Below, piece by piece: positions 63,794 to 64,000 of a stretch of 64,000 bases of DNA. The position numbers and the translations under genes are program-made. The notes under the pieces were generated by a model, which worked only from the letters and a program-made list of their open reading frames with translations, was not told where the DNA came from and searched no databases. Origin of the DNA: Acidimicrobiia bacterium (GTDB taxonomy: Bacteria; Actinomycetota; Acidimicrobiia; Acidimicrobiales; Bin134). The stretch lies in assembly GCA_009843865.1 (NCBI GenBank), contig VYCQ01000035.1, forward strand, positions 27,978-91,977, in the 5' to 3' direction. How positions within the stretch are numbered: the first letter of the stretch is position 1; every line of letters starts with the position of its first letter.

Positions 63794-64000
63794 GTGTGTG
63801 GGCCGATCCGACACGACGGAACCGAGATCTGAGGAGGGTAGGTGGGCGCAATCGAGCACGAAGGACTAGCCAAGCGGGTTGGCGTTCCGGGCAAGGCCAA
63901 CAGCTCGAGGGAGTTGGAAATTGCGGGTAACCCCTTGGGACGCACCTGTCAAGAATCGGGTCCCCGTATGCGAGACAAGCTGATAATCGAACAGTGCGGG
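63794..64000 (+). mobile_element. Possible 5' end (domain I) of a group II intron, truncated by the window edge
   Basis: GTGTG at 63794 fits the GUGYG 5' consensus. The following ~200 nt are non-coding and helix-rich (e.g. GTTGGC-12 nt-GCCAAC). The terminal 'AAGCTGATAATCGAACAGTGCGGG' resembles the Ll.LtrB domain I segment 'AAGCTGATACGGGAACAGAGCACGG' as I remember it. The boundary and identity are uncertain. Confidence 0.3.

Overview
This 64-kb window looks like an Actinomycetota (possibly Acidimicrobiia-like) chromosome, judged from gene order and protein signatures (inference).

Core region, about 1-45.5 kb. Spot counts of single 60-nt lines give roughly 50-52% GC. It encodes:
- a PlsC-type acyltransferase, aconitase and aminopeptidase N;
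- a compact minus-strand hopanoid operon (lipoprotein, hpnC, hpnD, hpnE, polyprenyl synthase, shc, hpnG, hpnH);
- P-II, a GPP34-like protein, and a pyrimidine-catabolism trio (LLM oxidoreductase, dihydropyrimidinase, beta-ureidopropionase-like hydrolase);
- an ArsC gene with an in-frame TGA exactly at the catalytic-Cys position, making it a selenocysteine candidate;
- two orphan Opp/Dpp-type ABC ATPases, a GNAT, PAC2 and SerB;
- the large ribosomal/RNAP block (rpsJ, tuf, fusA, rpsG, rpsL, rpoC, rpoB, rplL, rplJ, rplA, rplK, nusG, secE);
- five tRNAs, an ECF sigma pair, an S1-domain protein and pcrA.

Accessory island, from about 45.6 kb to at least 63.6 kb. It is GC-richer (spot counts 63-65%) with very AT-rich junctions. 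It contains:
- a tightly translationally coupled same-strand operon encoding a DNA-base-hypermodification-type (aGPT-Pplase-like) protein, a carrier-protein-like ORF, a thymidylate-synthase-fold protein, an AcpS-type phosphopantetheinyl transferase, an XRE regulator, an ImmA/IrrE metallopeptidase fused to a chagasin-like cysteine-protease inhibitor, a cytoplasmic papain-like peptidase, and a MazG gene that appears split by a +1 frameshift;
- an AlbA_2/Schlafen-like gene;
- an orphan RHH gene with a palindromic operator;
- a membrane protein coupled to two paralogous unannotated small ORFs;
- a TIGR02391-type gene flanked by a duplicated hsdM 5' end;
- a complete type I R-M system (hsdM-hsdS-hsdR);
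- a YegP-like ORF, a frameshifted ORF set, and possibly the 5' end of a group II intron at the window edge.

The coupled operon is my best candidate for an undescribed conflict or DNA-modification system. I found no rRNA, CRISPR array, integrase or transposase. All family assignments come from motif recognition by eye and need HMM or structure confirmation.
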